A stretch of 64,000 nucleotides of DNA, from NCBI GenBank assembly GCA_010909165.1, contig MU008208.1:91545-155544 (forward strand). Reading direction: 5' to 3'. Shown in pieces: positions 62,611 through 64,000 of the stretch. Every line of letters begins with the position of its first letter. Position 1 is the stretch's first letter. The position numbers were made by a program, and so were the translations under genes. The notes under the pieces are model-generated. The model saw nothing but the letters and a program-made list of their open reading frames with translations. It was not told where the DNA came from and made no database searches. This DNA is from Anthoceros angustus (Eukaryota; Plantae; Anthocerotophyta).

Positions 62611-64000
62611 CAACGTATACTAAGGAGTACCGGAGCCATTAAAGGTTGGGTATTCTACCGATCTCGCCTTCCATCCAACCCTCTTCTCCTCGCTCTTTGG
62701 TTGCTATCCTGGGATGCCCTGTTGATGTTCTACGGCTTTCCCCTGAAAATGCTGATCCATGTGAAATGTGAAAGAGATGTAGTGTGGCAAAATGCAAGTG
62801 GACAACAAAGTTGCAACCATCGCACGCTTGCAAGACGAGAATGTCCACCGGAAAGGGCTGTTGACCTAGCCTTGCACCCAGCCCGCTAGAGGCATCGTTA
62901 GGGCATTGGAGTCCAACATCGAGAGGAGGAGGACATTGCGTGCATGGAAGGTAATGGTTAGTGCCAAGTCGTTAGGTGTCTACATCTTGCCGAGGTTCGT
63001 GGCATTGCTCATTATGCTTACCCCGACGCTGGCCGGTACTGCACTACGTGGAATTGGTGCGAACTGCACTTGAAAACGAGAAGGCTGAACTGGAGAAATC
63101 AGCAGACTCCAACACGTGAACCACCTTCCACTTCTGTCAAACATGTCCACCAGGTGCCCAGCAGTCCTCTTTCATGGGCCGTTCAGCTGTCAAAATCTGG
63201 CATGCACCTTCCAGTTCACCACATTTTGCATACACCACGAAGTGCCAACACTGCGTTCGCCAGGCAGTCATCGAACATGGTCATGATCCACTGTGGCCAA
63301 GCTGACTATGTTAGTTTTTTGCTTTGAGGCAAAAGAGTAACATGGTCAGCTTCATCACATATAGATTACATGTGCACCAGGCAGGTCGCCACATGATGCA
63401 TGCACTCAGCATCCAGCGGTGATGCACTGTGAAAACATTTGGAAGCATATGTGCCAGCAGAATGAAGCTCTCCTAAAAAAACATAGCATGAGTACAAGGA
63501 AACGGCAGAGGAAGCAGAGGTGGCCACGATCAGCACTCTACAACACCCTTAGGCAAGAGACATGCACCACCATCTATGAGTGCAATCGCGTTCCTTCCAC
63601 AATTTGTGAGTGCAGCTACGTGCCCTTTTGCATCTTCCAGCTCACCATATTTCGCAGACTGTCCTCTTTCATGGGTCGTTCAACTGTCAAAAACTTGGCA
63701 GGCATTTTCCAGTTCACCAAATTTTGCATACATGTCCACCAGGTAGGTGCCCACCACTACATTCTCCAGGCAGGCCGAGCCCTTGCTGTACCCATAAGGG
63801 CATTCCATGTCACCACATCCCTGACAAAGCAAGCAAGACTACAAAATGAGGTGGGAATCACCACTAGTTGTCCATCATAGTGAAGACTAAACCGAGGGTT
63901 CTTTGAAATCAAGACAGTCATCCCCACTTGCCAATTAAGACGATCCATCTAACGTCGTCGTTCAATAGCTATCCATCATAGCACTATGATGGATGTAACC
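62611..64000 (-). pseudogene. PPR-fragment unit, copy 3
   Basis: Homologous to 55591-56943; RDVVTWNALMG, DMYAKFGELEN. Confidence 0.8.

Overview
Repeat-saturated, intron-containing eukaryotic DNA with no intact host gene. It probably comes from a non-seed land plant: it holds PLS-class PPR fragments, a STR2-like ABCG fragment, Ty1/copia elements with a tRNA-iMet PBS and CACTA elements. Frameshifts are pervasive and several tandem copies differ mainly by small indels, so the consensus looks poorly polished and most coordinates are approximate. The left 38 kb is a nest of two unusual element families. Family 1 is a putative DNA transposon in which a Sola-like/DUF7869-type DDD transposase is divergently paired with a large spliced gene fusing a ParB/Srx-like (GGNH) domain to a beta-class N4C/N6A DNA-methyltransferase-like domain; three transposase remnants and two ParB-MTase copies are present. 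Family 2 is a Crypton-like tyrosine-recombinase (YR) family with a K-x-x-R catalytic motif and a conserved hairpin terminus. All four of its termini abut family 1 sequence, and one non-autonomous derivative sits next to captured RUVBL1 and STR2 gene fragments. The right 26 kb holds a full-length copia with extra ORFs, a truncated copia, retroelement-associated ORFs and CACTA-linked PPR fragments. All assignments come from manual motif recognition; no database searches were run.
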